Assembly: GCA_050949905.1 (NCBI GenBank)
Contig: JBMNGP010000038.1
Coordinates: 10 to 64,009 of the forward strand
Origin: Desulfitobacteriia bacterium
GTDB lineage: Bacteria > Bacillota > Desulfitobacteriia > Desulfitobacteriales > Syntrophobotulaceae
Direction of reading: 5' to 3'
Length of the DNA stretch: 64,000 nucleotides
Made by a program: the position numbers and the translations under genes. This document shows, one piece after another, positions 34,409-44,042 of the stretch (positions are counted from its first letter, which is position 1; each line of letters starts with the position of its first letter). The notes beneath the pieces were generated by a model, which saw only the letters and a list, made by a program, of their open reading frames with translations, did not search any database and was not told the DNA's origin.

Positions 34409-34582
34409 ATGAATTTAGTAGCTATTGACTAAATATTCTTTGTTAGGCATACTTATGTGGAAAGAATAATCTGTGAATAATTATACTAGGCAGATAACAT
34501 AATAAATCGCTTGGCTGTCTATGCTAAAAGGTATACCATCCCTTGATGGCCTGCTAACGACGAATAGAAGGGAGAGTCTGAT

Positions 34583-35362
34583 GTGACTGAGAGATATGTC
34601 CAGACTCTGGAAAGGTCTTTAGATATTTTGGAAGTCCTAGCTAAATCGGAAGAGCCGATAGGTGTTACCGAGATTGGCAATAGAATTGGTTTGCATAAAA
34701 GTACTGTCCATAGGATACTCCGGACTCTGTGTTACCGGGGGTATGTGGAAAAGGAAAAGGAGCGGGAACGCTACCGGCTGGGAATTAAAATCGTCGAGCT
34801 AGGTGTCAGGTTTTTTAATGACCTGGAGATTCGTAAAGTGGCAGCCAATTTCCTGGCGGATCTGGCAAAATCATTTGATGAAGTTGTTCATTTAGTTCTC
34901 CCGGATGACGGAGAGGTCGTTTATATTGACAAAAGGGAAAGTTCTCAGCTGGTAGGTTTGCATTCCAAGGTTGGCCGCCGGGCTCCGATGCATTGTACTG
35001 CTGTCGGAAAAAGTATTTTGTCTACGATGCCTGAAGAGGAAGTCCGGGCTATTCTGAAAACCAAAGGGATGCCTGGATTTACCCATAAGACTATCACTGA
35101 TCCGGATCTGCTTCTTGAGCAATTAGAAGAGGTTAAAAAGAAAGGCTATGCCATGGAAGCAGAGGAGAACGAGATTGGAATTCTCTGCCTTGGCACCCCC
35201 ATTTTTGATTATTCGGGGAGAGCTATAGCGGCTATCAGTGTTTCCGGACCTGTGAACAGGATGAAAGAGAAAGGTACCGAACGAATTGGCGAGGAAATAA
35301 AAAAGGCCGGACAGGAAATTTCCGCCAAATTCGGTTATAATTATTTCCGGAGCAATAATTAA
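34583..35362 (+). CDS. IclR-family transcriptional regulator
   Basis: It has an N-terminal wHTH (LDILEVLAKSEEPIGVTEIGNRIGLHKSTVHRILRTL) and an IclR effector domain. The start is GTG, preceded by the RBS AGGGAGAG. Confidence 0.9.
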   Translation: MTERYVQTLERSLDILEVLAKSEEPIGVTEIGNRIGLHKSTVHRILRTLCYRGYVEKEKERERYRLGIKIVELGVRFFNDLEIRKVAANFLADLAKSFDEVVHLVLPDDGEVVYIDKRESSQLVGLHSKVGRRAPMHCTAVGKSILSTMPEEEVRAILKTKGMPGFTHKTITDPDLLLEQLEEVKKKGYAMEAEENEIGILCLGTPIFDYSGRAIAAISVSGPVNRMKEKGTERIGEEIKKAGQEISAKFGYNYFRSNN

Positions 35363-35463
35363 TGCTGCCGGTATTTGCTTGGGTAAGTTCTCTGAGTCGT
35401 AATTTGCTGGGAGCAGACATCCCGCAAGTGCAATAAAGAACTTATTTTTTTTAAAAAATCCAC

Positions 35464-35613
35464 TTGACTCCCAGCCTCAGAAGGCGCATAATAATACTAA
35501 ATAAAAAGTGAAACGCTGTTTCACATATCGAAACAAGTTTATCCTTGAAATTTATTCGAATTTCAAAAATTTTTTTAGACAAAGTGTGAAACGATGTTTT
35601 GCAGAGTGAAACA
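35464..35613 (+). promoter_or_regulatory. Promoter plus GTGAAAC operator-like boxes upstream of the transketolase/oxidase cluster
   Basis: The promoter is TTGACT (35464), a 17-nt spacer and CATAAT (35487). A perfect inverted repeat GTGAAAC-GCT-GTTTCAC lies at 35508-35524. Further GTGAAAC boxes lie at 35586 and 35606. Confidence 0.6.
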
Positions 35614-35633
35614 TCAGCGGAGGTGGATTACTG

Positions 35634-36251
35634 ATGATGAGAATTGCTTCTTTAACCTACAATGAAGCCAAGGATTGCCAAGGGAGTGGGGTTAGAGATG
35701 AAAAGCAAATATCAACTTATATCCTGTCCTTTGAAATTGCTGAAAGGCTCTTAGAGCGTTTTTCAGGGCAATGGAAAATTACCGGCAATGAGATTGTCCT
35801 TAACCTTGCTGGTTTGGGACACTCCTTAGCGATTGATTATGTGGCCGGCATTATTAAATATGGCACTCTTTCCGCTTATTTTTACCACCGCTATGATCCC
35901 CGCAAAGGAGTTTCCGGCCTCGTCAGGGATCTTTGCCTGGATTTGGCTGTTCCACAGGTCGAAGGTAGCTATAGTACCGATTTTTTGTTTAAAGTTTTTG
36001 TCAAACTGGTCGAGATTTTCCATCCTCGCTGTGATTTGCGGATTTTAAGCGGCCCCAAAGAAGGTGAGTGGGAAATCCGTTTAAACCAAACAGGGCCTTC
36101 AGGCTGGATTAATGCCCAGAATTTTGCTGAAAACCGTTTTGGGGAGAAAGTGGATATCTCTGTTTGGCAAAGCTTAAGGCCTGAAAAAGTTGCAACCTAT
36201 ATTTTTGGGTTTAATCGCTTTTGTAAAAACTTTCAGTGCCCAATGAAATAG
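35634..36251 (+). CDS. Hypothetical protein, first gene of the IclR-adjacent cluster
   Basis: A good RBS GGAGGTGG precedes the start. The product is 205 aa. I recognise no family motif. Confidence 0.5.
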   Translation: MMRIASLTYNEAKDCQGSGVRDEKQISTYILSFEIAERLLERFSGQWKITGNEIVLNLAGLGHSLAIDYVAGIIKYGTLSAYFYHRYDPRKGVSGLVRDLCLDLAVPQVEGSYSTDFLFKVFVKLVEIFHPRCDLRILSGPKEGEWEIRLNQTGPSGWINAQNFAENRFGEKVDISVWQSLRPEKVATYIFGFNRFCKNFQCPMK

Positions 36252-36543
36252 AATTTTCCATAAAAGACAACAGATGATTATTACCGGGGATCTTGAATAA
36301 ATTCCACTGCCGGCGGCAATTAGAGGGGTTAGAAGCGAGGAAAGATTATATATTCGCTTAAGCTGCAGGGAATGTATTTTCGGATCCTTTTTTTCTGTCC
36401 TCTGCCTAACATTTTGTAAGTTTTACTCCTGCTTTTGGCTTTGTGGCTCGCAGTGAGCCGTATTTTCTTACTTGTGCTTATCTGGAAATTCATTCTTAAA
36501 TCGAGTAAGATGGAATAAGCTAAGATTTGGGAGGCTATTTGCT

Positions 36544-37377
36544 ATGAAAAAATGTTTAGACAAACAGGAAGCACTTCAGGAGGCGATAATTATTGCCAAG
36601 AGAATGCGCCGCAATATTCTTTTGATGACCCACCGCGCTCAAGGCGGGCATCCTGGCGGCTGTCTGTCTGCTACGGACATCCTGGCTGTTCTTTATAAGT
36701 GCTTTCTCCGGCTTGACCGGCAAAACCCTCGCTGGGCCGGCCGGGATTATTTCTTCCTATCTAAAGGGCATGCTGTCCCGGCTCAATATGCGGTGCTCAT
36801 TGAAATGGGATTCCTTTCTCCGGAGGAAATAAAAGATTTCCGGGAAATAGAAGGCAGGCTCCCGGCTTATCCCAGCTGTACGGATACTCCGGGGGTTGAT
36901 ATGGCTTCGGGCTCTTTGGGGCAAGGTTTATCCGTGGCCAACGGCACAGCTTTGGCTGCCAAGCTGGATGGAACAGGACAAAGAGCTTATGTAATGTTGG
37001 GCGACGGAGAATTGCATGAGGGGCAAGTCTGGGAAGCGGCTATGACCGCCGCTCATTACAAGCTGAATAATGTCTGCGCCATTGTGGACTATAATAAACT
37101 CCAGCTGGATGGCGCTCTGGATGAAGTCAAAACTTTAGGTGATTTAAGAGCTAAATGGGAGTCTTTCGGCTGGCATGCCCTGGAAATCGACGGGCATGAT
37201 TATGAGCAAATTTATGATGCCTTGGCCGAAGCCGAAAGCTTTAAGAATGGGCCGACAGTAATCATTGCGCATACCGTTAAAGGTAAAGGGGTATCGTTTA
37301 TGGAAGACGAAGTAGGCTGGCACTGTGCGGCTCCGAGTGACGAAGAACTGGAAATTGCTTTGAAGGAGTTGAGTTAG
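36544..37377 (+). CDS. Transketolase, N-terminal (TPP-binding) subunit
   Basis: ATG 36544 follows the RBS GGGAGG. Motifs include GGHPGGCLSATDILAVLY, SKGHAVPAQYAV and LGDGELHEGQVWEA. Confidence 0.9.
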   Translation: MKKCLDKQEALQEAIIIAKRMRRNILLMTHRAQGGHPGGCLSATDILAVLYKCFLRLDRQNPRWAGRDYFFLSKGHAVPAQYAVLIEMGFLSPEEIKDFREIEGRLPAYPSCTDTPGVDMASGSLGQGLSVANGTALAAKLDGTGQRAYVMLGDGELHEGQVWEAAMTAAHYKLNNVCAIVDYNKLQLDGALDEVKTLGDLRAKWESFGWHALEIDGHDYEQIYDALAEAESFKNGPTVIIAHTVKGKGVSFMEDEVGWHCAAPSDEELEIALKELS

Positions 37378-37380
37378 AAG

Positions 37381-38319
37381 ATGCTTATGGCCCCAAGAGA
37401 AGCTTATGGACAGGCCTTGGTGGAATTGGGCCGCGAGAATAAAAATGTTGTAGTCCTGGATGCGGATGTAGCCAAGGCTTCTATGACCATCCTTTTTAAG
37501 GAAGCTTTTCCGGAGAGATTTTTTGATTTGGGGATTGCCGAGTCCGATATTATCGGGACGGGGGCGGGCTTGGCCGTGGCCGGCAAAATTCCTTTTGTTA
37601 ATGCCTATGCTAATTTCCTACTTGGCAATGGTTGGGAGCAAATCAGGATTTCCGTCTGTTATGCCCGGCAAAATGTTAAAATTATCGGCCATAATATCGG
37701 AGCTTCTTCCGGCAAGGACGGCCCTACGCATTTACCGCTGGAGGATATTGCCTTGACCAGGGTTTTTCCGGGAATGACGGTAATCGAGCCTGCGGATGGC
37801 CTAGAAGTCCGGAAAGCTGTGCAAGCTTTAGCTCAGCATGTTGGCCCTGCTTATATGCGGGTAGGCAGGGTGCCCATTCCGGTTATAACCAGGGAGGAGG
37901 ATGAATTTCAGATCGGTAAGGCTAACATTCTGCGCCGGGGTCGGGATGTGACTATCATTGCCTGCGGGGTAATGGTCTCCAAAGCTTTGGAGGCTGCTCA
38001 AGCTTTAGCCGGAGAGGGAATAGAGGCGGAAGTGCTTAATATGCATACTATTAAACCCCTGGACAAGGAGGCAATCTTCCAGTCGGTAAGCAAGACTAAA
38101 GCCGTAGTTACTGCCGAGGAGCATACCGTCATTGGCGGACTGGGCAGCGCTGTAGCAGAGTTTTTAGGCTGTACCCACCCGGTACCAATGAGGATGATTG
38201 GCTCGCCGGATAGGTTCGGGGTTTGTGGCAGCTATGAGCAAATTCATAAGATTTTGGGTTTAACTACGGAAAAAATAAGCGAAGCTGTGAAGGATCTTTG
38301 CATAAATAAATATGTTTGA
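37381..38319 (+). CDS. Transketolase, C-terminal (pyrimidine-binding) subunit
   Basis: Motifs include FFDLGIAESDIIG and GPTHLPLEDIA. The 312-aa gene lies immediately downstream of the N-terminal subunit gene. Confidence 0.9.
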   Translation: MLMAPREAYGQALVELGRENKNVVVLDADVAKASMTILFKEAFPERFFDLGIAESDIIGTGAGLAVAGKIPFVNAYANFLLGNGWEQIRISVCYARQNVKIIGHNIGASSGKDGPTHLPLEDIALTRVFPGMTVIEPADGLEVRKAVQALAQHVGPAYMRVGRVPIPVITREEDEFQIGKANILRRGRDVTIIACGVMVSKALEAAQALAGEGIEAEVLNMHTIKPLDKEAIFQSVSKTKAVVTAEEHTVIGGLGSAVAEFLGCTHPVPMRMIGSPDRFGVCGSYEQIHKILGLTTEKISEAVKDLCINKYV

Positions 38320-38436
38320 AATTTTCATATAAATAATATTGCAAATAATAAAAAGACAAATTACTAAAATATTTATAACTCAATTGTGTCAGGGAATTTT
38401 AAGCTTTAAAACATAAATTGTACGGAGATGATATTA

Positions 38437-39324
38437 ATGAAACTAGGATTTATCGGGCTGGGTAAAATGGGTAAGCCCATGGCCAAAAATCTTTTGCAGG
38501 CGGGGCATGATTTGCTGGTTTATAACCGCAGCTTGCCGTCAGTCAGGGAATTACAGGGTTTAGGAGCTTTGGGGGCTGCTTCCCCTGCCGAAGTGGGGAA
38601 GGAGGCCGAAGTTGTCTTTCTTTGCTTACCCGTGGGGCGAGATGTTGAGCTCACCTTAACCGGGGAGGAAGGCCTTCTCCGGACGTTAAGAGAGGATACA
38701 TATATTGTCGATCACAGCACCATCAGCCCGAAGGATTCGCAAAGGATGTTTGATCTCTGCCGGGAAAAAGGTATTGGTTTCCTTGACGCTCCAGTCAGTG
38801 GCGGAGTAGTAGGTGCTGAAAAAGGTTCTTTAAGCATTATGGTTGGCGGGGATGAGGCTGATTTTGCAGCTGTCAAGGCGCTACTCAAGGTTTTAGGCCG
38901 GAATATTTACTACCTTGGCCCTTCCGGCAGCGGTAATGTTATTAAGCTAGTGAATAATCTTTTGGTGGGTATTACTAACGCCGCCTTGGCTGAGGCTTTT
39001 GTCCTGGCGCAAAAAAATGGTTTAGATCCCCGGCAGGTTTTCGAGATTTTGGCTAATTCTACCGGGGATAGCTCGATGCTCCAAAGAAATATCCCTAATT
39101 TTGTTCTCAAGAGGGATTTTACCCCTGCTTTTACTTTGGATATGCTCAATAAGGATCTGGCTTTAGCCGAGGAATTAGCTTTAGACCGGGGAGTTAGGCT
39201 TCTTTTGGGATCTTTGGCCCATAAGATCGGTTGTGAAGCTGCTGTCTCAGGCTTGGGAAGCGAGGATATGTCTGCTGTTATTAAGGTTCTTGAAGGGTTG
39301 GCCGCTGTGGAAGTAAGGCCTTAA
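38437..39324 (+). CDS. NAD(P)-dependent beta-hydroxyacid dehydrogenase (3-hydroxyisobutyrate / tartronate-semialdehyde reductase family)
   Basis: The Rossmann motif is MKLGFIGLGKMGKPMAKNL. Other motifs are DAPVSGG and the family pattern KLVNNLL. Confidence 0.85.
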   Translation: MKLGFIGLGKMGKPMAKNLLQAGHDLLVYNRSLPSVRELQGLGALGAASPAEVGKEAEVVFLCLPVGRDVELTLTGEEGLLRTLREDTYIVDHSTISPKDSQRMFDLCREKGIGFLDAPVSGGVVGAEKGSLSIMVGGDEADFAAVKALLKVLGRNIYYLGPSGSGNVIKLVNNLLVGITNAALAEAFVLAQKNGLDPRQVFEILANSTGDSSMLQRNIPNFVLKRDFTPAFTLDMLNKDLALAEELALDRGVRLLLGSLAHKIGCEAAVSGLGSEDMSAVIKVLEGLAAVEVRP

Positions 39325-39532
39325 AAGTAAGGCCTTAAGCGTGAGCGTTAAAGCCTTTTATAAATTTGATTATTTACTATTTTCAGTATATTTTAAATTT
39401 ACTAAAGAATTCTTAAACAAATACTAGGAAATTTCTAACTATGACGATATAATATATTTTAGGTAACAAACCGTTACAATATATTCTTTAATATACCCGG
39501 CCTGCTTGGCTGGGTGAGAAGGGGGAATTAAA

Positions 39533-40774
39533 GTGGGGGTTTTGGCAGAAGTTTATGAAAAGCTGAATACATGCGGTAAATGCGGTTTCTGTCACGGAGC
39601 TTGTAAGACTTATAAAAAAGACGGAGCCGAATTTATGGTTTCCAGAGGTAGGGTTCAGCTGATCAAAGCTCTTGCTGATGGCAAAATCGAAGCCGACAAG
39701 GACTATGAGGATGTCATCAACAGTTGTTTGCTTTGCGGAGAGTGCGCAGTAGCCTGCCCCAGCGGCGTGAGATGTCACGAGCTTGTTCTTGCTGCACGCC
39801 GTGATCTCAAACTGAGGAAAGGTGTTAAGCCTTTCGCCAAATCTTTGGTCTTAAAAAGTCTCACTAAACCAGGAAGACTGCAATTTGGATTTGGCTTTTT
39901 TGCAGGAACAGGCAAGAAAATGCTCAAAGGATTGGCTAACGGTATGCAATTCTACCGTGGTATTGACATTTTGACTATGCCGGCATCCAAAGTTCCGTTT
40001 GCCAAGCAAGTTCCCGAAGTAATTACCGTCCCTAATCCTAAGAAGAAAGTTGCTTTCTATGTTGGTTGTTTCATGAATCACTCGCTTGTCAACACGGCAC
40101 ATTCTGTTGTTAAAGTTTTAACTATGAGTGATGTAGAAGTAACTGTACCTAGAGAGCAGCCTTGTTGCGGTTTGCCACAGTATGTTTACGGCGACTTTGA
40201 GACTGCGAAAGAGCAAGCCAAGAAGGTTATTAATACTTTTAGTAAGTATGAGGCTATTGTGACGGCATGTGCTTCCTGTGCTTCGATGCTTAAAAAAGAA
40301 ATGCAGGAGTTATTTAAAGACGATGCTGCTTACTTGCCAAAGGTTAAAGAATTTGCCGCCAAATGCTATGAGTTTTCAGAGTATGTGGCTAAGGAACTTG
40401 ACACTGCGGCCAAGCTGCAAAACGATACTCCTGTTACCGTAACTTATCATGACCCTTGTCATATGGTTCGTTATAATACTATTACTGCTGAACCGCGTAA
40501 TCTCTTAAAGAGTGTACCGCGGCTTAAGTATGTAGAAATGTTTGAAGCCAACAGATGCTGCGGAGCAGCAGGCTTAGTACAGGCCTTTTATCATGAATTA
40601 TCATCTGCGATCACTGCGGATAAAGCTCAAAATATTATTGACAGTGGGGCTGAAATAGTTGCCACGAGCTGTCCTGCTTGTATGCTTAAGATTAATAGCG
40701 GTCTTAAACTTAAAGGTTCTAATATTGAAATAAAACACGTAGCAGATGTTCTTGCTTCAGCCTTAAAAGACTAG
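39533..40774 (+). CDS. GlcF-like Fe-S oxidoreductase subunit (two 4Fe-4S motifs plus CCG domains)
   Basis: The 4Fe-4S motifs are CGKCGFCHGAC and CLLCGECAVACP. Two Cys-rich CCG-type regions are present (PCCG, CCGAAG). The start is GTG, preceded by the RBS AAGGGGGAA. Confidence 0.8.
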   Translation: MGVLAEVYEKLNTCGKCGFCHGACKTYKKDGAEFMVSRGRVQLIKALADGKIEADKDYEDVINSCLLCGECAVACPSGVRCHELVLAARRDLKLRKGVKPFAKSLVLKSLTKPGRLQFGFGFFAGTGKKMLKGLANGMQFYRGIDILTMPASKVPFAKQVPEVITVPNPKKKVAFYVGCFMNHSLVNTAHSVVKVLTMSDVEVTVPREQPCCGLPQYVYGDFETAKEQAKKVINTFSKYEAIVTACASCASMLKKEMQELFKDDAAYLPKVKEFAAKCYEFSEYVAKELDTAAKLQNDTPVTVTYHDPCHMVRYNTITAEPRNLLKSVPRLKYVEMFEANRCCGAAGLVQAFYHELSSAITADKAQNIIDSGAEIVATSCPACMLKINSGLKLKGSNIEIKHVADVLASALKD

Positions 40775-40896
40775 CGAGGGCATTTTTATAGCGGTCTGAC
40801 CATTGGTTAAATGAAGTCAGACCATTTGGTCTGACAGGTAGATATGAGCTTTCATCGGTTAGTTTCTTAATAATCTATTAGGAAGGGCGGGTAGTA

Positions 40897-42165
40897 ATGA
40901 GCGATATAGTTGCCAAACTTAAAGGCATTGTTGGCGAAGAAAATGTTGTTGCAGCCGACATGTCTCCATATTTAAGGGGAAATGAACAACCGGCAGCTGT
41001 TGTCTTTCCCGGTTCAACCGAAGATGTTGCCGGCATTGTTAAAGCTGCCTATGATGCGGGTATTAAGGTCAACGTTGGCGGTAAAGTTGTCGATACTAAA
41101 GGGCTAAGCGGCGGCATTGCCATTGTGATGTCCAGAATGAATCAAATTGAAGAAGTTGACCCTGAAAATCTTACCTGCTGGGTACAAGCCGGTATCAATC
41201 ACCAGGAATTTGTCGAAAAGATTTTAGAGAAAGATCTATACTTTCCTCCTGAGCCTTATGCGGTTTCAACCAGTTCTATAGGCGGCTGCTTCGGGATTGG
41301 CGACGTTGACACTAAGGCCTTTAATTATTTGCCTACCAGGACTTTTATTCTTGCTTATGAATCGGTACTTCCCACCGGCGAAGTTTATAAAATCGGTACT
41401 AAATGTATCAAATGCGTTTCCGGTTATGACCTGATCCACTTTATTACAGGAACAAGAGCTACTCTCGGTATTTTAACCAGGGTTCTGGTTAAATTATTGC
41501 CGAAGCCAAAAGCTTACAGTGCTGTGGTTGCAGATGTGCCTTCACTTAGCGCTGCTGCTCAAGCTTTTAAAGCAATTCAAAAACGTAAAATCTTCCCGAC
41601 GCGCATGAATGCTCTATGCAAAGCTCTAGGTAATGATGTAACCGAGACTAAGGGCGCTTTGGTTCTGATTGACTTTGAAGGTTTTCCTTTGTCCACCGCT
41701 CAGAATGCGTTGGAAGCTGAAGCCGAGCTTAAAATCGTCGGTGCAACAAGCAGCAAGATTATAGAAGACAAAGCGGAATATGATGAGCTGTGGGCTAAAT
41801 GGCTGAAAGTTCGTGAAAAAATTAATCTGGAAGAGAATAAGGTCAAATTCACTGTTGGCCCTGCCAAAGTCACGGCAGCAGTTGCCGCTTTAGCCGGTAT
41901 TGTTGATAACCTGGAAGAGAATCCCGGCGTGCTCGTAGAGGGCTTAAACGGCAAGATTACTGTCTTTAGCCAGAATGTTGACAACGATGCCGTAGCGATC
42001 AACAAAATGGCTTTGGGTCTGGGCGGCAATGTCTGCGGACTTCTCGGAAACCGGCTGAAGAGCAAAGCTTATAATGAAGAACAAAACGAAATCTTAAATG
42101 TGCTTAATTCCATCCGCAGCCAGTTTGACCCCAAGGGGATTATGGCGCCTGGAATTAAATTTTAG
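40897..42165 (+). CDS. GlcE-like FAD-binding oxidase subunit
   Basis: An FAD_binding_4-like N-terminus (VVFPGSTEDVAGIVKAA) is present. Its position between the GlcF-like and GlcD-like genes supports the call. Confidence 0.65.
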   Translation: MSDIVAKLKGIVGEENVVAADMSPYLRGNEQPAAVVFPGSTEDVAGIVKAAYDAGIKVNVGGKVVDTKGLSGGIAIVMSRMNQIEEVDPENLTCWVQAGINHQEFVEKILEKDLYFPPEPYAVSTSSIGGCFGIGDVDTKAFNYLPTRTFILAYESVLPTGEVYKIGTKCIKCVSGYDLIHFITGTRATLGILTRVLVKLLPKPKAYSAVVADVPSLSAAAQAFKAIQKRKIFPTRMNALCKALGNDVTETKGALVLIDFEGFPLSTAQNALEAEAELKIVGATSSKIIEDKAEYDELWAKWLKVREKINLEENKVKFTVGPAKVTAAVAALAGIVDNLEENPGVLVEGLNGKITVFSQNVDNDAVAINKMALGLGGNVCGLLGNRLKSKAYNEEQNEILNVLNSIRSQFDPKGIMAPGIKF

Positions 42166-42193
42166 GAAATCTGTTTGAAAAGGAGGTCAAGAA

Positions 42194-43573
42194 ATGTTAA
42201 GCCAAAGCGCTATCAATAAGTTAAAAAGTATCGTCGGCGAAAAGGATTTTATTACCAGTAAAATTGGTATGTATGCCTATGGCTATGACGGCACAATGCT
42301 GGAAGGCGCACACGTAGGCATCGTTTTCCCCGAAACAACCCAGGAAGTTGTTGAGATTGTTAACTTCTGCCGCGAGCAGGGGATTGCCCTTGTTCCCCGC
42401 GGAGCAGGAACCAATGTTAGCGGAGGAACTCTTCCCACGGAAGGCAGTTTGGTTATTAACTTTGCCCGAATGAAAAAAGTATTGGAAATTGATTTAGAAA
42501 ACTATGTAGCCATTGTCGAGCCGGGAGTTGTTAACTGGGATATTCAAGAAATCCTCGCTAAATACGGTTATTACTATCCACCCGATCCAGCCTCCTGGAA
42601 GGCTTCCACTCTGGGCGGTAACCTGGGTGAGTCCTCAGGCGGACCAAAATGCTTTAAATATGGTGTTACCCGTGACTTTATCTATGGCTTGGAAGTCGTT
42701 CTCCCGACTGGCAAAGTTATCTGGGTCGGCGGCAGAGATTTCTCCAGCGAGCCCATGTACGATCTGACCAGGATCATCGTTGGTTCCGAGGGTACTCTTG
42801 GCTTTATTACCAAGGCCGCCCTGCGTATTCAGCCTATTCCGCAGGCTAAACGCACTATGCTGGGTATTTTTAAAACTCCTGAAGATTGCTCGCAGGCCGT
42901 TGCCGATATTGTGGCAGCAGGGATTATTCCCACAACCTTGGAAATGATGGATAACCTGATTATCAATACCACTGAAGATTATGCTAATGCCGGTAACCCT
43001 CGTGACGCCGGTGCACTCATCATTATTGAGGTAGACGGCTATGCGGTGGATCTGGACGAACAAGTAGAGACGATTAAAAAAGTTTGTGAAAAAAATGATG
43101 CTAAAGAATTCAGAATTGCAAAATCGGCAGCCGAAGTTGATAAAATTTGGCTGGCCAGGCGCGTAGCTTTCGGCTCAGTTGCCAGGGTCAAGCCTAACTA
43201 CGGGATTAATGATATTACCGTTCCTCGGAGTAAATTCCCGGAAGCTATTGCCGGAATTGAAAAAGTCAAAAAAGATTACGGCGCAACGATCGGCATCGTG
43301 GCTCATGCCGGCGACGGCAATCTCCATCCGCTTATCCTTTATGATCAAAGGAATAAAGAGGAAGTTGATCTCCTCCATAAAGCCGAAATGGTTCTTTGCG
43401 AGCTGGCCCTTAATCTGGGGGGTACTGTAAGCGGAGAGCACGGTATCGGCATTTTGAAAAAAGCTCTGATGCCCCAGGAATTTGGCGAAGGTACTCTCAA
43501 TGTCTTTAAGAAGATCAAAAGATCATTTGATCCTCAGAACCAATTTAACCCCGGCAAGATTTTTGACCTGTAA
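42194..43573 (+). CDS. GlcD-like FAD-linked oxidase (glycolate/D-lactate dehydrogenase family)
   Basis: Motifs include [12 protein letters not shown], the C-terminal SGEHGIG and [11 protein letters not shown]. Confidence 0.85.
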   Translation: MLSQSAINKLKSIVGEKDFITSKIGMYAYGYDGTMLEGAHVGIVFPETTQEVVEIVNFCREQGIALVPRGAGTNVSGGTLPTEGSLVINFARMKKVLEIDLENYVAIVEPGVVNWDIQEILAKYGYYYPPDPASWKASTLGGNLGESSGGPKCFKYGVTRDFIYGLEVVLPTGKVIWVGGRDFSSEPMYDLTRIIVGSEGTLGFITKAALRIQPIPQAKRTMLGIFKTPEDCSQAVADIVAAGIIPTTLEMMDNLIINTTEDYANAGNPRDAGALIIIEVDGYAVDLDEQVETIKKVCEKNDAKEFRIAKSAAEVDKIWLARRVAFGSVARVKPNYGINDITVPRSKFPEAIAGIEKVKKDYGATIGIVAHAGDGNLHPLILYDQRNKEEVDLLHKAEMVLCELALNLGGTVSGEHGIGILKKALMPQEFGEGTLNVFKKIKRSFDPQNQFNPGKIFDL

Positions 43574-43589
43574 GAACAAATTGGAACAA

Positions 43590-43627
43590 GTGGGACAAGG
43601 GGACGGTTCTCCTGTCCCACTTTTTTC
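43590..43627 (+). terminator. REP-type hairpin acting as an intrinsic terminator
   Basis: GTGGGACAAGG-GGACGGTTCT-CCTGTCCCAC is followed by TTTTTT, 16 nt after the stop codon. Confidence 0.85.
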
Positions 43628-43749
43628 CGCTTTTTTTAGTTTGACACATTTTGAATTTTTAAGTATAATATGCTTTGCGCGTAAACACTATTTAAAATGC
43701 TCTTTGGCTTTCTACAGCCTCGCGCCATTGCGCATCTGTTCTATCTCGT

Positions 43750-43824
43750 TGGGGTATCGCCAAGCGGTAAGGCATCGGACTCTGACTCCGACATTCGGTG
43801 GTTCGAATCCATCTACCCCAGCCA
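43750..43824 (+). tRNA. tRNA-Gln (anticodon CTG), CCA encoded
   Basis: The acceptor is TGGGGTA/TACCCCA, the anticodon arm is TCGGA-CTCTGAC-TCCGA, and the T-arm is GGTGG-TTCGAAT-CCATC. Confidence 0.9.
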
Positions 43825-43914
43825 TTTCTATTTATAAAGACTTATTTTACGCTATACTTTATTATTTAGGTTTTTAATGTATCTGTTTATCTTACAAGAA
43901 TGTATTTATAACAT

Positions 43915-43999
43915 GCGGAAGTGGCGGAACTGGCAGACGCGCTGGATTTAGGTTCCAGTGCCGCAAGGCGTGGGGGTTCAAGTCCCTTCTTCCGCACCA
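43915..43999 (+). tRNA. tRNA-Leu (anticodon TAG) with a long variable arm, CCA encoded
   Basis: The acceptor is GCGGAAG/CTTCCGC, the anticodon arm is CTGGA-TTTAGGT-TCCAG, and the variable arm is GTGCCGCAAGGCGT. Confidence 0.9.
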
Positions 44000-44042
44000 T
44001 AATTTGTCTGGAAACTCGCTTGTTTGGCGGGTTTTTTTGTAT

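Noticed and set aside
31570-34410. Looked for a prophage or integrative island at the tRNA genes, given the duplicated tRNA 3' ends.
   Set aside because: No integrase, recombinase or phage genes are present. The segments between the duplicated ends are only 97 and 137 bp. The duplication is therefore reported as an unexplained mini-element rather than as an island.
35508-35524. Considered GTGAAACGCTGTTTCAC as a CRP/FNR-type site (TGTGA-N6-TCACA).
   Set aside because: The spacing between GTGA and TCAC is 9 nt, not 6. It fits better as an operator for the adjacent IclR regulator.
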